This document shows positions 40,412 through 53,300 of a stretch of 64,000 bases of DNA, in pieces. A model generated the notes under the pieces. That model was not told where the DNA came from. It saw only the letters and a program-made list of their open reading frames with translations, and made no database searches. A program made the translations under genes and the position numbers. Source of the stretch: Eledone cirrhosa (taxonomy: Eukaryota); the NCBI GenBank assembly GCA_964016885.1, contig OZ024743.1:191332001-191396000 (forward strand). Reading direction: 5' to 3'. Numbering within the stretch: position 1 is the stretch's first letter; the number at the start of each line of letters is the position of its first letter.

Positions 40412-40413
<2 letters not shown>
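40184..40413. repeat. Perfect 110-bp inverted repeat (10-bp spacer) carrying a hammerhead in each arm
   Basis: 40184-40293 is the reverse complement of 40304-40413; spacer AATATAAACA. Confidence 0.9.
40305..40370 (+). ncRNA. Type I hammerhead ribozyme (mirror copy at 40227-40292, minus strand)
   Basis: TATTTTGT-CTGAGGA-AGG-C-ATAGCATATT-GTT-AATATGTTAT-C-CCT-GAAA-TATATA-TA-ATGAAATA: long stem II, palindromic stem III, 8-bp stem I with G.U pairs. Confidence 0.7.
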
Positions 40414-40481
<68 letters not shown>

Positions 40482-40483
<2 letters not shown>

Positions 40484-40870
40484 CCGGAGGACGGCAAGGG
40501 AGACGCGCTGCAAAAGCCACTCCAACTCGCGGGGCTCACACCTACGGCTGGCCAGCTCGGCGCCTATGGTGGTGACTAAGGAGGTAGCCCTGGGGCCGAG
40601 GACACCAGAAGTTTCCACTGCCAGGGGAACGACCGCAAACCTGTCGGAGAGCGACCGGTATTTGAGGAGTTTGGCCCCCTCAGCCCGACGTACAGCAGAA
40701 CCTGGGTCAGTCACAGACTGCACCAGGTTGCGGCTGCAGAAATTGTCGGTGCAAGTGGCATCCCAGACGAGGGATTTGCCACCGCGGAACGGGAAGATGG
40801 TCATGCCATCTGGCCTTTTGCCGTCCCCTCGATCCAGCCCCACCGGCTCGAGCTGGGAAGGGAAGCCTGC
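40482..40870 (-). mobile_element. CRE-like RLE LINE internal fragment
   Basis: EPVGLDRGDGKRPDGMTIFPFRGGKSLVWDATCTD..KY..VPLAVETSG in an open frame; same family as 8975-9630. Confidence 0.8.
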
Positions 40871-41077
40871 TAATAATGACGTATTGTATTCGTTTTTTCC
40901 CGTTCTTTGCCAGGGAACGTTCCCACGAACCAAAGTATCGTCTTCCTGTCTTCCTCCTGTTGCAACGTTTTATGAAATATTCACTTCTGCGTTCACAGAT
41001 TGACTTTGTTAGTTTCAGAAGATCCCGTTAAGGGTGAAAGCAGCGATTCTTTGATTAAACGTTAATCTGTTATTTTA

Positions 41078-41139
<62 letters not shown>

Positions 41140-41146
<7 letters not shown>

Positions 41147-41401
41147 TATGTATACGTACATACATATATGTACGACTTAATTCGGGAATTTTTGTTTACA
41201 AACACACCGAGCATTATAATAAATGTTCGGTGAATCCCTACGTACATATATATATGTGTGCATGTATGTATATATATATATATATATATATACATAATAC
41301 TGTACGTCTGTATACATATATGTATGTACGTATACATACTTATATTTAAGTAACAGCCGTACTGAGAGTGAGAAATGAAATTTCGTTTCATTTTTTCCGT
41401 T

Positions 41402-41403
<2 letters not shown>
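41140..41403 (+). repeat. Partial copy (3' half) of family A repeat
   Basis: Matches 4530-4750 (CTTAATTCGGG..AAACACACCGAGCATTATAATAAATG..TTTCATTTTTTCCGTTTA). Confidence 0.8.
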
Positions 41404-41458
<55 letters not shown>

Positions 41459-41534
41459 TTAATATAGATGAGATTCTACAGGACTAGAACTGTTTCATTC
41501 TTTAGAAATCATCAGGAATCCTATATATGGAAGC

Positions 41535-41584
41535 ATGTATGTATACGTACATACATGTATGTATACAGACGTACAGTAGCATGC

Positions 41585-41615
<31 letters not shown>

Positions 41616-41975
41616 CAGGTACACATACATATATGTACGTATCAGTTTAGCGGACGCTTATTATAACGCCCGCTTTGTTCGTTTGTAAACAAACTGAACA
41701 GCCTGAATTTATGCCGTACGATGTTAAGGCAACCACGTCACCTTTTTGTTCAACACTGACACAGGAACGCTGTACTAGTTTCAAGCTTGTTAGCTATCAT
41801 CAGCACCGTATACCCTTCTGCCAGATGGTTGAACGTTCGAAAGTATATACTTTCCTTATGAAAATTAACGGCTGAGCAGCCTAATTTGCATATCGAGTGA
41901 GTTCGGCCAGGCGTACCGAAAACGATAGGTTGTAATAAAATGAAAACTAAATTTCATTTCTCACTCTTAGTACAA
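41535..41975 (-). mobile_element. Diverged near-full unit of family A repeat, with HHR at 41767-41809 and a head-to-tail junction
   Basis: Minus strand reads ACGGTG-CTGATGA-TAGCTAACAAGCTT-GAAAC-TA-GTA-CAGCGT; the unit head is joined to another unit's tail at about 41930-41975. Confidence 0.75.
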
Positions 41976-42082
41976 TGTTTTCCTGTATTTTTCCTTTTCC
42001 TTTAATTTTGATAGTTACATGTCGAAACCTGTGGTTCAAGTATAAAATGACTGATTTCTTCACAGTTGCCTTTTTGACGCCG

Positions 42083-42490
42083 GTGGATTGGCAGCATCGG
42101 TAGATGGTCGGATGCCATGCTTTGCAGCATAGAGTTACGGCCCTTTATGATCTGAGTTGAAATCCCGCCGAGGTTAACTTTGTCTGTCATCCGTACTGGT
42201 GTCGATTTAATCGAATTTCCCCTCCCCTAAATTACTGGCCTTATGCCTATACTAGAAATCATTATTTATATACTTTGTGAATTGGCAGTATCGGTAGAGG
42301 GTCAGACGCCATGGTTTGCAGCATAGAATTACAGCCCTTTATGATCTGAGTTCAAGTCCGCCCAGGTTAACTTTGCCTTTTATCCTTACGGGGTCGATAA
42401 AATAAAGTACCAGTCTTGCACTGGGTCGATTTAATCGACTTTCTCCTCCCCAAAATTGGTGTCCTTGTGCCTATATAAGAAACCATTATT
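42083..42490 (+). mobile_element. Two tandem tRNA-derived SINEs (42083-42266 and 42279-42490)
   Basis: Each has a TTGGCAG(C/T)ATCGGTAG head, B box and AGAAA(T/C)CATTATT tail. Confidence 0.85.
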
Positions 42491-42827
42491 TATATACTTT
42501 GTACCGCCAAATTCATACGGCTTGTTTGGTTTCCTTACATGAATTTTGACTGTTAAATACAATTACTGATTATACCGGTGAGGAGAGTCGTCATATGTTG
42601 CAAATTATGGAATTACTTTCATGTTGAAACATTATTGTCCTAACATTATATTTAACTGAATAGTTAGCCTTATGATAGATACGTGAGTGGGTGTCTGTAT
42701 CTGATGGATTTAATAGACAATCTGGACAGTAATATTGTCTGGGTGGAGTTGTTTATTCTGATCCTGTATTTTAAGTCCAGTCTAAGAACGTGTGTATAGT
42801 GTAAATAAAAAAGGAGGTGAACATTTA

Positions 42828-43015
42828 GTATTGGCAGTATCGGTAGAGAGTCGGACGCCATGCTTTGCAAGCAAAGAGGTACGGCCCTTTATAATCTGAG
42901 GTCAAATCCCGCCGAGGTTAACTTTGCCTTTCATCCTTACGGGGTCGATAAAATAAAGTACCAGTAATACACTGTGATAATTGCTGGCTTGTGCCCAAAG
43001 TAGAAACAATTATTA
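42828..43015 (+). mobile_element. tRNA-derived SINE
   Basis: A/B boxes, TTTGCCTTTCATCCTTACGGGGTCGATAAAATAAAGTACCAG core, ATT tail. Confidence 0.85.
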
Positions 43016-43768
43016 TGCATCGTAATATTATCACGGGTAGCTATTCGTAGGACAACTGAAGAGGGAAATATATGGAATGTTGTTCTGGAAAATATTTTGA
43101 TATTTATCCATTATTCTATATGGAAATTAATAGTGAGAGTGTGTAATAGTCGCGAGTAAATAGTTGAGTGTTGATCGATTCAATCAAGTGTTCCTATACA
43201 ATGAGTATTTTGGATTTTCAAAGTGCATGTACGTCTAGAGCGATGAATAGGGTTTAAATATTTATTTTATAATTTTCAACCATACCGTTATACGTTTTAA
43301 CGGTTAAGTCTATGATTTGGTTGGTTTGATAGAAGTGACTTTTACTTTCTATACTCGATTTTATACGGCAGTATTATTCTTTTTTTTCTGTTAGTCATAT
43401 TTTTATTAAGTACTTATACTTCTTTAATCCTGTCACGTTGAAATTTCTAAATACCTAAGAAAAAACACTAAACCTCCAGAAAAATGATATGAAATAGCCT
43501 ACACACTTTCAATTATTTAACCAAAATCTATTCTGGAAATTCTACATTATAATAAAATATATGACATGGATATTTGAGAAACTGGATGTGGTTGACGCAT
43601 GGTGATTGCTCGGCATACGCTGAGTATGAGAATTGAAGTTAAGATGTTTTATCCGAAACGGAATGTATCATTTTCTATAAGAGTTGAAGAGGTTCTAATA
43701 TTTGACTTGAAAAGGATGAGATAAACTGTGTTGTAAATACTACACACACACACATATATATATGTATG

Positions 43769-43799
<31 letters not shown>

Positions 43800-43830
43800 A
43801 TGTGTGTTTATATATATATGTGTGTGTGTT

Positions 43831-43904
<74 letters not shown>

Positions 43905-44500
43905 GGTGTGTGTGTGTATATTTGTGTGTGTATAAATATGTGTATATGCGCGCATCAGTGTGTAAATATATTACTATATTTAAAGAGGTGGATAGATACA
44001 ATCGTGAACATATTACATACATGAATACCGACCTATATTTGTATATCATAATGGAAATGAAATAATATTATCAACACACACAAGCATACTGTACATATAT
44101 ACGCCCTACATTTTTCTATATACAAGATTTCATGTGTGGATAGAAAGTTTAAGATATTGAATATTAATTTTTTTATAAAAGTAAAAAGGAAGATTATAAA
44201 CATGTTCATCATTGAAGTACACCTTCGTAAGATTCTCAAAGCATTGAAACGTGAAAACGGGACATTTCTAAAGATTATGAATATTTTAAACATATTTTTT
44301 CTCTTTTATGTATTCTAAATTTTTACCTTTCGCTCCTCTGATGATAAGCGCACACAAATAAACATGCTTGTATAGATAGAGACGCCAGCAGAGAAAATCA
44401 TATACTTAAATGGGTACACATGTGAGTGATATTCAAAGACGTGCGGACCACTGTGTTAAATTAAAATAAGTGTATGTATGTATGCAAATGTGCTTTTTAG

Positions 44501-44531
<31 letters not shown>

Positions 44532-44651
44532 CTTTCTCTCTCTCTCTTTCTCTCTCTGCATACATATACATACACATACGATACACACGTTTATAGATTA
44601 TATTATATATATATATATATATATTATTCATATATATATATATATATATTA

Positions 44652-44792
<141 letters not shown>

Positions 44793-45425
44793 CGGTAACG
44801 ATTGAAAAGCTGAGGACAGACGACCAGATGTTCGCGTGATGCTGATAAACCCATTAGCAGGTAGCTAGCTACAAATGCAGTCATTCAGCCGAAAGCCTTC
44901 AATCTTGATGGGAATCTAAGAAATCCTGTACTGATGATGCTGCAGTTATATTTTATTTATTTAGTTAGTTTTCCTATTTGAAAGTTTTAGATCTTTTTTT
45001 TTTCTTTATATATACATATGTATATATTTTTTGTGCGTACTTTCTTTTTTCACTCCAGCAATATCTGGAAAGCACAAAGAATCCATTAAAAAAACATCCG
45101 GTGATAAACATACAGTGGAGATTCACAACGTTTAAATGACAATCTAAGAAAATTTGATCGATTTATATGCATGATTATATATGTGGGCTATAACAAAAAA
45201 AAGAAGATAGGGTGGAGCACAATGAATACGTATGCCTCTATGTATATATCTATGTATATGTGTGTGTATGTATGTACATATATATTTATATATGTGTGTG
45301 TGTGTGTGTGTGTATGTGTGTGAGTGTGCGTGTGTATAGACAGAGAGAGATAGAGAATAGATAATATAATATATATATAATATATATATATGTATTATAT
45401 ATATATATATATATAATATAATATA

Positions 45426-45517
<92 letters not shown>

Positions 45518-46119
45518 TGTGTATATATAGACAGAGATAGATAGAAAGATAGATAGATAATATAATATATATATAATATATATATATATGTGTGTGTGTG
45601 TGTGTTTGTGCGTGTGTTTGTGTGTGTATGTGTGGATGGATGTTTAGTTGTAAGTAAAAGAAGATGCGTGAAATAAATACATGCAAAATCACAATGATAT
45701 AGGAAGACGTAAACGTTTGATTTCTTTTAGAATTTACACTTGATTGATTTCAAAACCATCTCAGCGCAACTGATATGTAGTTGTTCATATTTTTTTGTTA
45801 GCATTGTACTTTATATGTCATTGTTATACGTGTTTCTTTGTTTTGTTTTTTCTTGTTTTATTTTAGCAGTTTTGTCTCCTTTTGTTGTTGTTTTCTTGTT
45901 TCGCTGCTGTTTGTTTTGTATTTTTTTTTGTTTTTTCGTCTTTTGTTTTGTTGTTTTTATTTTCTTTCAAACTAAACTACTATGCCATGTTTGGTGAATC
46001 ACAGGTAAGTGCTAAGTATTTGGATATGCAAAATGATATGTGTATACAAACCTGAACTAAGAAATATATTGATATAAAAAAAAGACAGATAAGTCGATTG
46101 GTAGGCTGACACAGACACA

Positions 46120-46184
<65 letters not shown>

Positions 46185-46302
46185 CAAAGAAAGTGTGGTA
46201 ACAAAACAGGTGGACCATAACGCACCAGAATACTCGATACTTAGGGTCGTAGAGTGGATAATAGAGTGGTTAATAGGAAAAAGTCTTCCTCTTCAAATAA
46301 AA

Positions 46303-46373
46303 TTCATTCTGATGAACGATTTCAGACGTCTGTGACGAGCTCGCCTGTCTTTGTGAAACCTTTGGTAAATGGA
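46303..46373 (+). ncRNA. Type I hammerhead ribozyme with extended stem II
   Basis: TTCATT-CTGATGA-ACGA..AGACG..TGTCT-TTGT-GAAACC-TTT-GGTA-AATGGA: stem I TTCATT/AATGGA, stem III ACC/GGT, GUA site. Confidence 0.65.
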
Positions 46374-46415
46374 ATAATTGTCTTATGTTGTTTATTACAT
46401 AACTATATATATGTG

Positions 46416-46504
<89 letters not shown>

Positions 46505-46727
46505 GTCTATATAAACAAAGAGAGAGAAAGAGAGAGAGAGAGAGAGGGGGCAGAGAGAGAGAGGGATAATCTATACATAGTATGAATATGAAGCTAGATG
46601 ATTACACAGATAAATGAAGGAATATATACAAGCACCATTCAAATTGCATATATTGAAATCTACAACATATACAACATATATATATATATACACACTCACA
46701 AACCCATACACACACACACAGAGACAA

Positions 46728-46772
<45 letters not shown>

Positions 46773-46861
46773 ATGATGTGCATATGTAGCCATTAATTTA
46801 TCTCTCTACCTAACTATCCACTTAGTTGCATAAGCTTTCTATCCTATATATCCTCTCCCAT

Positions 46862-46913
<52 letters not shown>

Positions 46914-47055
46914 TATATATATATCTTTCGCTTTCTCCCTCTCTCTCTCTCTCTCTCTAGGATGAAAACGTATTAAATTGAGTTCTTTGTTACTGACGCA
47001 AACAATTCGATTGGTATCTGCTATATTGCGGCTACAACTCTGATTTATAACCATT

Positions 47056-47277
47056 GGTGGATTGGCAGAATCGATAGAAGGTCGGACACCATGCTTTGCA
47101 GCTTAGAGTTACGGCCCTTTATGATCTGAGTTCAAATGCTGCCGAGGTTAACTTTGCCTTTCATCCTTACGGGGTCGATAAAATAAAGTACCAGCAAGTC
47201 ACACACTGGGGTCGATTTGATCGACTTTCCCCACCTCCAAAATTACTGGCCTTGTGCCTATATAAGAAACCATTATT
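47056..47277 (+). mobile_element. tRNA-derived SINE, full length
   Basis: Head, B box, core and GGCCTTGTGCCTATATAAGAAACCATTATT tail. Confidence 0.85.
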
Positions 47278-47339
47278 TAATATAAGAAACCAAAGAAAAA
47301 TATGAGAAACCATTATTATTATTATTGCCAAGGCAGTAT

Positions 47340-47540
47340 TGGATTGGCAGTATCGGTAGAGAGTCGGACGCCATGCTTTGACGCAAAGAGTTCGGCCCTT
47401 TCCATTCTGAGTTCAAATCCCGCCGAGGTTAACTTTGCCTTTCATCCTTACGGGGTCGATAAAATAAAGTACCAGTAATACACTAGGATAATTCCTGGCA
47501 TTGTGCCAAAAGTAGATACAATTATTATTATTATTATTAT
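47340..47540 (+). mobile_element. tRNA-derived SINE
   Basis: Same family; ends in (ATT)n. Confidence 0.85.
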
Positions 47541-49009
47541 AGAGAGAGAGAGAGAAAGAGAGAGAGGGGAGAGTGTACGTGTGTGTGTGTGAGAGAGAGA
47601 TAAACATTTTCCGAAAGACTCTAACGAAAATCTTTATGAAACGGCTGTAAACACAGCTGGAACCGGTAAACGTAAACATAATATTAATCCGCCATGTACG
47701 AACACTAACTTTTCTCAACAAATCACGTATATTATTACCATGGTGTAGTTAAAATTCTCCTCAGAATCATTATGGCACCATTGCCTAAATATTCAATATC
47801 AAAAATAAAATCCAAGCTATGAATGCATACCTATTTCTATTGTGTTCACGCGCATCATTTCTATGTGTTCATAATAAGTAAAACACAGGGTACTAATATG
47901 TAGAGCATATATTTAATTTAATTGAGTCACCTCTGATTATTATATAGTATGGCTGGTCTGCATTTACAGATGCAAAAAGACTAGCCAAAAGATATATATC
48001 ATCAATCGACCATCTTAGTCAAAAACAGGTTTGAGTCATTGCAAGCAACAACTCCCGCTCTGCAATATGACGTACAACAGATTTTTCCTCCCTGTTCAAC
48101 ATGCTGTACGACATTGCATTACCTTTGTGACTAAATTCAAACGACAATCCTCTTGAAGTTAGAAGCAATTACTGAAAAGCACATTCAATTAAAACGTACT
48201 CTCTATTTATAGTCCACCAAACCTTACGGAACAAATATCAGCTATATCTGACCTATGCCTATTTTAAAAAATAAACAGAATAATATTGAAAGTGAACTAG
48301 ATTCGATTGTGCATATATATTGTCTCAGTTGTGTCTTTGTTAAGTGTTTATTGTAAAGAATATATGTTGAGTGTAGAGATTGTAATGTTTGAGTTGTGCT
48401 AGGTAATCGATAATGTTTTACACAGGGTCCTGGCATAGCAATGGTTAGAACCAAGTATAACTTTGCGAGCCCTCGAATAGCTGCTATATTTTTGTCCATA
48501 TTTTTTATTACGTCTAGTGCTTTAATATTTAGGCATATTGGAAACAGATGAATTCAAGAGAATGTGTATTTAAAAAAGAATATTTCAACGGATTGAAGCA
48601 AATAAAATAGAAAAAAAACAAGGTTTTGTCACTAAACATGTGGGTTGTTTCAGTGTTAAGGTACTGAGTTGGGACTTTCAACTAGAACAAAGAAGAGATT
48701 AGGATGTTAAAACACAAAGGGAAATGTCCATGATTGGTACACTGTATTCAAAATGGTAGTGTCGAGAGACATACTCTCTCCAGAACCAGTCGTGAAAGAG
48801 TGTGTGTGAGAAGCCGGCACCTAAACCTGAAGAGAGATATCTGCAAAGAGTAGAGCACGAAAACGGTTGAATTTATACCAGTAGTAGAAAGTGATTTGAG
48901 AACGTTAACAACTAATTTACCTTAAGAATAACTTGAATTCTGAAGAAGGTTCTTGACAAAATAAGCGAGAAAAGAACAGTTGAATCACCTCTAGCCATTT
49001 GCTCTCATC

Positions 49010-49185
49010 ATTATAATTGTTTCTACTTTAGGCACAAGGCCAGAAAGTACCCAGTGCATTACTGGTACTTTATTTTATCGACCCCGTAAGGGTGAAAGGC
49101 AAAGTCAACCTCGGCGGGATTTGAACTCAGATCGTATGCTGGAAAGCAGGGCGTCCGACCCTCTACCGATACTGCCAATCCACCT
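49010..49185 (-). mobile_element. tRNA-derived SINE
   Basis: Reverse complement of the family consensus. Confidence 0.85.
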
Positions 49186-49221
49186 CAACATGAAACCAGC
49201 CTTTTAAAAGGTGATGATGAA

Positions 49222-49349
49222 AGAAGAAGAAGAAGAAGAAGAAGAAGAAGAAGAAGAAGAAGAAGAAGAAGAAGAAGAAGAAGAAGAAGAAGAAGAAGAA
49301 GAAGAAGAAGAAGAAGAAGAAGAAGAAGAAGAAGAAGAAGAAGAAGAAG
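49222..49349. repeat. (GAA)n microsatellite
   Basis: Pure trinucleotide run of about 128 bp. Confidence 0.95.
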
Positions 49350-49639
49350 ATTTTAACATATTTAAATCAATTGTGAAAGAACAATTCTTAGCACAAATGT
49401 TGCATAAAGGCACCGAATGAGGTCCCATAAAGTTTCGGATCCATATTATATTGTTGTATCGCTCAAATATTCAATTTTGTATTATATATTTTGTATTCAA
49501 AAAAAGAAAATGGTTATAAATGGAACAAAACACCCTCTGTCTACACTATATAGAACAGCGGCAATTTCAATTTCACCAACACCAGAAACTTGATACACTA
49601 CCTATCCCATCACACTAAATATAACGGCAACTTCACCGG

Positions 49640-49835
49640 CATCATAATAATTGTTTCTACTTTAGGCACAAGGCCAGCAATTATCCAGTGCATTACTGGT
49701 ACTTTATTTTATCGACTCCGTAAGGATGAAAGGCAAAGTCAACCTCGACGGGATTTGAACTCAGATCGTAAAGGGACGTAACTATGCTGGAAAGCATGGT
49801 GTCCGACCCTCTACCGATACTGCCAATCCACCGCC
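49640..49835 (-). mobile_element. tRNA-derived SINE with flanking direct repeat
   Basis: Family match; CACCGGCATCATAATAAT occurs at both 49634 and 49848. Confidence 0.85.
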
Positions 49836-50369
49836 CTCATAATAATCCACCGGCATCATAATAATAATTACTATTATTATTGTCTCAAATTTTAAAAAAT
49901 GTTTAATTCAAATTTTACGGGAATATGTCAACACAAAATATAATGAAAATATATATTAAACATACGAACACAAACTCATAGATACTATATCAGTAACCAC
50001 AACACCACCGCTGCCACCACCCCACCACATCCATCATCGCCGCCACCACTCATTCAATGCTACTGACACTATTCCCCTGTTAACTTGAGAGAGAAAAGGG
50101 AAGGTGGCGGTAGCACTAGACAAGAGAGAGGCTAGCAAAAGATATAAATAGATTGACTTGGTGACCTTGCCACGGACAAACGTCTACATCAACAATTATG
50201 GGACTGCTGGCTCACCCCTTCCTCACCAACAATATAAAAAGCCCCGGCACCACCACCGACATAGCCAGCAGCAATAAGAGCCAACTACAACAAAAAGTAT
50301 ATTATATTATTGTAATGCACTGGGTGATTGCTGGCCTTGTGCCTGGAGTGGAGACAATTATTAATAATT

Positions 50370-53300
50370 TCATTCTTAAGCCACGCAATGCTCACATTAA
50401 GGAACCACTCATGATAACAACAATTTAAAAAAAACAACAAAAAGAAAACCCCGTGACCAAGAAATACCGGGATGGCGGCCGGCGGGGAATAGCCATGTCT
50501 CTAGGGGAGAACGACCCCTCTAGTCTTGGTTGACACTCGTTCTAGAAGTGGTAACACGAAATGATTACCCCTTGGCGGATAAGGATAAAACGCGACAAAA
50601 TAAAGTAGATGTCTAATGATGAAATCTCACCCGGTTAAAAAAGGGCCGCGTCCGTCAGAGAGGAACCAGACTGGGGTCGAAAAATCAGCTAATGGTTCAA
50701 ACCTTCTCATCACTTCGGAGCTGGAGACCTCCCATAACCGGAATACTCCTACTGTTGGCCCTCCATGCTCACCACCAAGAAATCCAAAGAAAAAGAGAGA
50801 AAAATGGTCAAGGGAAGATAATAAAGAAGTCCTTGAGGCTTTCTACACTGCCATGTACTACCCATCAAATACATCGAATACAGAACAAACATATATCAAC
50901 TGGAAAAAGAAACATCCCGAAAACAGAGGCTATATTGACAGTAACAAACTAGCCAATATACGAAGAAATATTGTAAGAAAAAAGTTACTAACTGATATAG
51001 AAATTGATCAGATCAAGCTAGTAGCACAAAGTCAGCGAAGGGAAAATGAAGCATGTGTCAGTGAAAACGAGGTAAACTGTAACACTTCGAATCCCAGGGT
51101 TGGGGCGGAATCACTGGCAACAGAACAAATTAAAGAAAGGAGCGAAAAAGTGGAGGGAGTGCATGCTCAGGATGAAACTCCAAATGAAAATAATGAGATC
51201 GTAAATGATAAAGAAATGAATGAGAATGAACTTGCCAACTTGAAGGATGAAATTATGATCGAATGGATGAAAATGAAAGAATCTGACATGGGGCAACGAG
51301 ACACCCTCCCTAAGATCCAGAACTCCAAACAGAACCAAAAGATAATACACAAGACTAACATAATTCTCAAAAACATTATCATCACAAACAAACTAAACAT
51401 TACTGACTTAAATCATCTCTATTATGCATCGGCTAAAGTAACCACTCACTTATGTGGAGTGAAGATGAAAAAACAAAGGAATTCCCACAAGAAATCTACT
51501 TGGCAAGATAACATCAATCGCCAAATAAACCTTCTCCGATCTGACATAGAAATTTTAACAAACTATAAAGTAGGTGAACATGTTAAACAAACTAAACTTA
51601 GAAAATTGAAAAAAAAGTACAGTATAAGATCAACATGTGACATAGACATGCTGATAGAAACAATCAAGCAAAAAGTGTCGGCCAAAGCTGCTCGTATAAG
51701 GCGCTTTGAAAAACGATCTAGATTCTATAAGGACAATAATATGTTCAAAAACAACCAAAGAAACTTCTACAGAAAAATTGGTAAGTCAACAATAACTGCT
51801 AAATCAATACCACCCAAGGAGGAAGTGCAAGAATTCTGGGAAAAGATCTGGGCCGAAGAAAAAGTTCATAACATACATGCCCCATGGATAGACAGACAAA
51901 TGAAAGAAACAGCTCACCTTGAAGAACAAACATGAGAAAATATAACAGTTGAACAGCTGCGCTTGGCTCTAAGAAAAACCAGCAAATGGAAATCCCCAGG
52001 AAAAGACAAAATACAAAACTTTTGGATAAATGCCTTCACAGAGTCTCATGAGCTGTTAACCCAACTTTACAATGAAATAGTTAAGGAGCCAGAAAAGATA
52101 CCATCATGGCTAGTTAACGGCATTACATTCCTGCTACCGAAGAATGATGAGACAAACAATCCCAAAAATTACAGACCGATAACCTGCTTGACCACAATGT
52201 ATAAATGTTTAACATCAGTCCTAACTGAATACACATATGACCACCTGATAACAAATGACCTATTTCCCATTGAGCAGAAAGGGTGTAAACGAGGCTCATA
52301 TGGCTGTAAGGATCAGCTTCTGGTTAACAAAATGATACTGGAAGATTGTCATAATAGACACAAAAATCTATCGATTGCTTGGATAGATTATAAAAAAGCA
52401 TTTGATAGTTTGCCACACAGTTGGATTGAAAAATGTTTAGAGATTTTCAAAATATCCCCCGTTGTCAGGAGGTTTTTGTCATTCAGTATGAGGACATGGA
52501 GAACGACACTCCTTTTGAATAGTGAAACAAAATCACTGGAAGCTGGAGAAGTTAACATTAATTGTGGAATTTTTCAGGGTGACTCTTTATCACCGCTTTT
52601 ATTCTGCATCGCACTTATACCATTAAGTAAAATGCTCAATGAAACAAAACATGGATATAGAGTCTATGACAAAACCATTAATCACCTGTTCTACATGGAT
52701 GACCTGAAACTATTTGAAAAAAATGATGAACAATTGCAAGGGCTATTATCCACTGTGAAGCAGTTCAGTGATGACATTAAAATGGAGTTTGGACTGGATA
52801 AATGCGCCAAAGCAACGTTCACCAGAGGAAAGCTGCTGAAGAGTTCAGACATTAATCTTGATCGGGGGAACGTGATAAGAGAGCTTGATCAAGAACAAAC
52901 TTACAAATATCTAGGTGTTTGTGAAGGAGACGGAATCAAGCACTCGACAATGAGGGAAAGGATAAGGAAGGAATGTTACCGCAGAGTCAGAGCAATCTTA
53001 AGAACGGAATTGAATGCAAGGAATAGGATCGATGCCATAAACACGCTTGCCATACCAGTAGTAACCTACAGTTACAATGTCATCAACTGGTCAAGCACAG
53101 AGATCCGTAGGCTCGATACAAAAATCCGAAAATTCTTAACCATGCACAGAATGAATCACCCTAAGGCAGACATAGATAGAATATATCTCCCTAGGAAAGA
53201 AGGAGGACGTGGGTTAATCCAGTTAGACATTGCGTTGAAAACTGCAACAATTGGATTATCCACATATCTAAGGGAATCACATGATTGGATGATCAAACTC

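Noticed and set aside
44800-44910. CTGAGGA...CCGAAAG with GATTGAA/TTCAATC pairing as a hammerhead
   Set aside because: Stem II and the cleavage triplet cannot be assigned consistently; at best a degenerate relic.
49204-49428. Poly-Glu / poly-Ser ORFs
   Set aside because: Pure (GAA)n microsatellite.
51933-51935. In-frame TGA as selenocysteine or programmed read-through
   Set aside because: The position fits a Trp codon mutated from TGG to TGA, no SECIS is evident, and the copy also has a frameshift.
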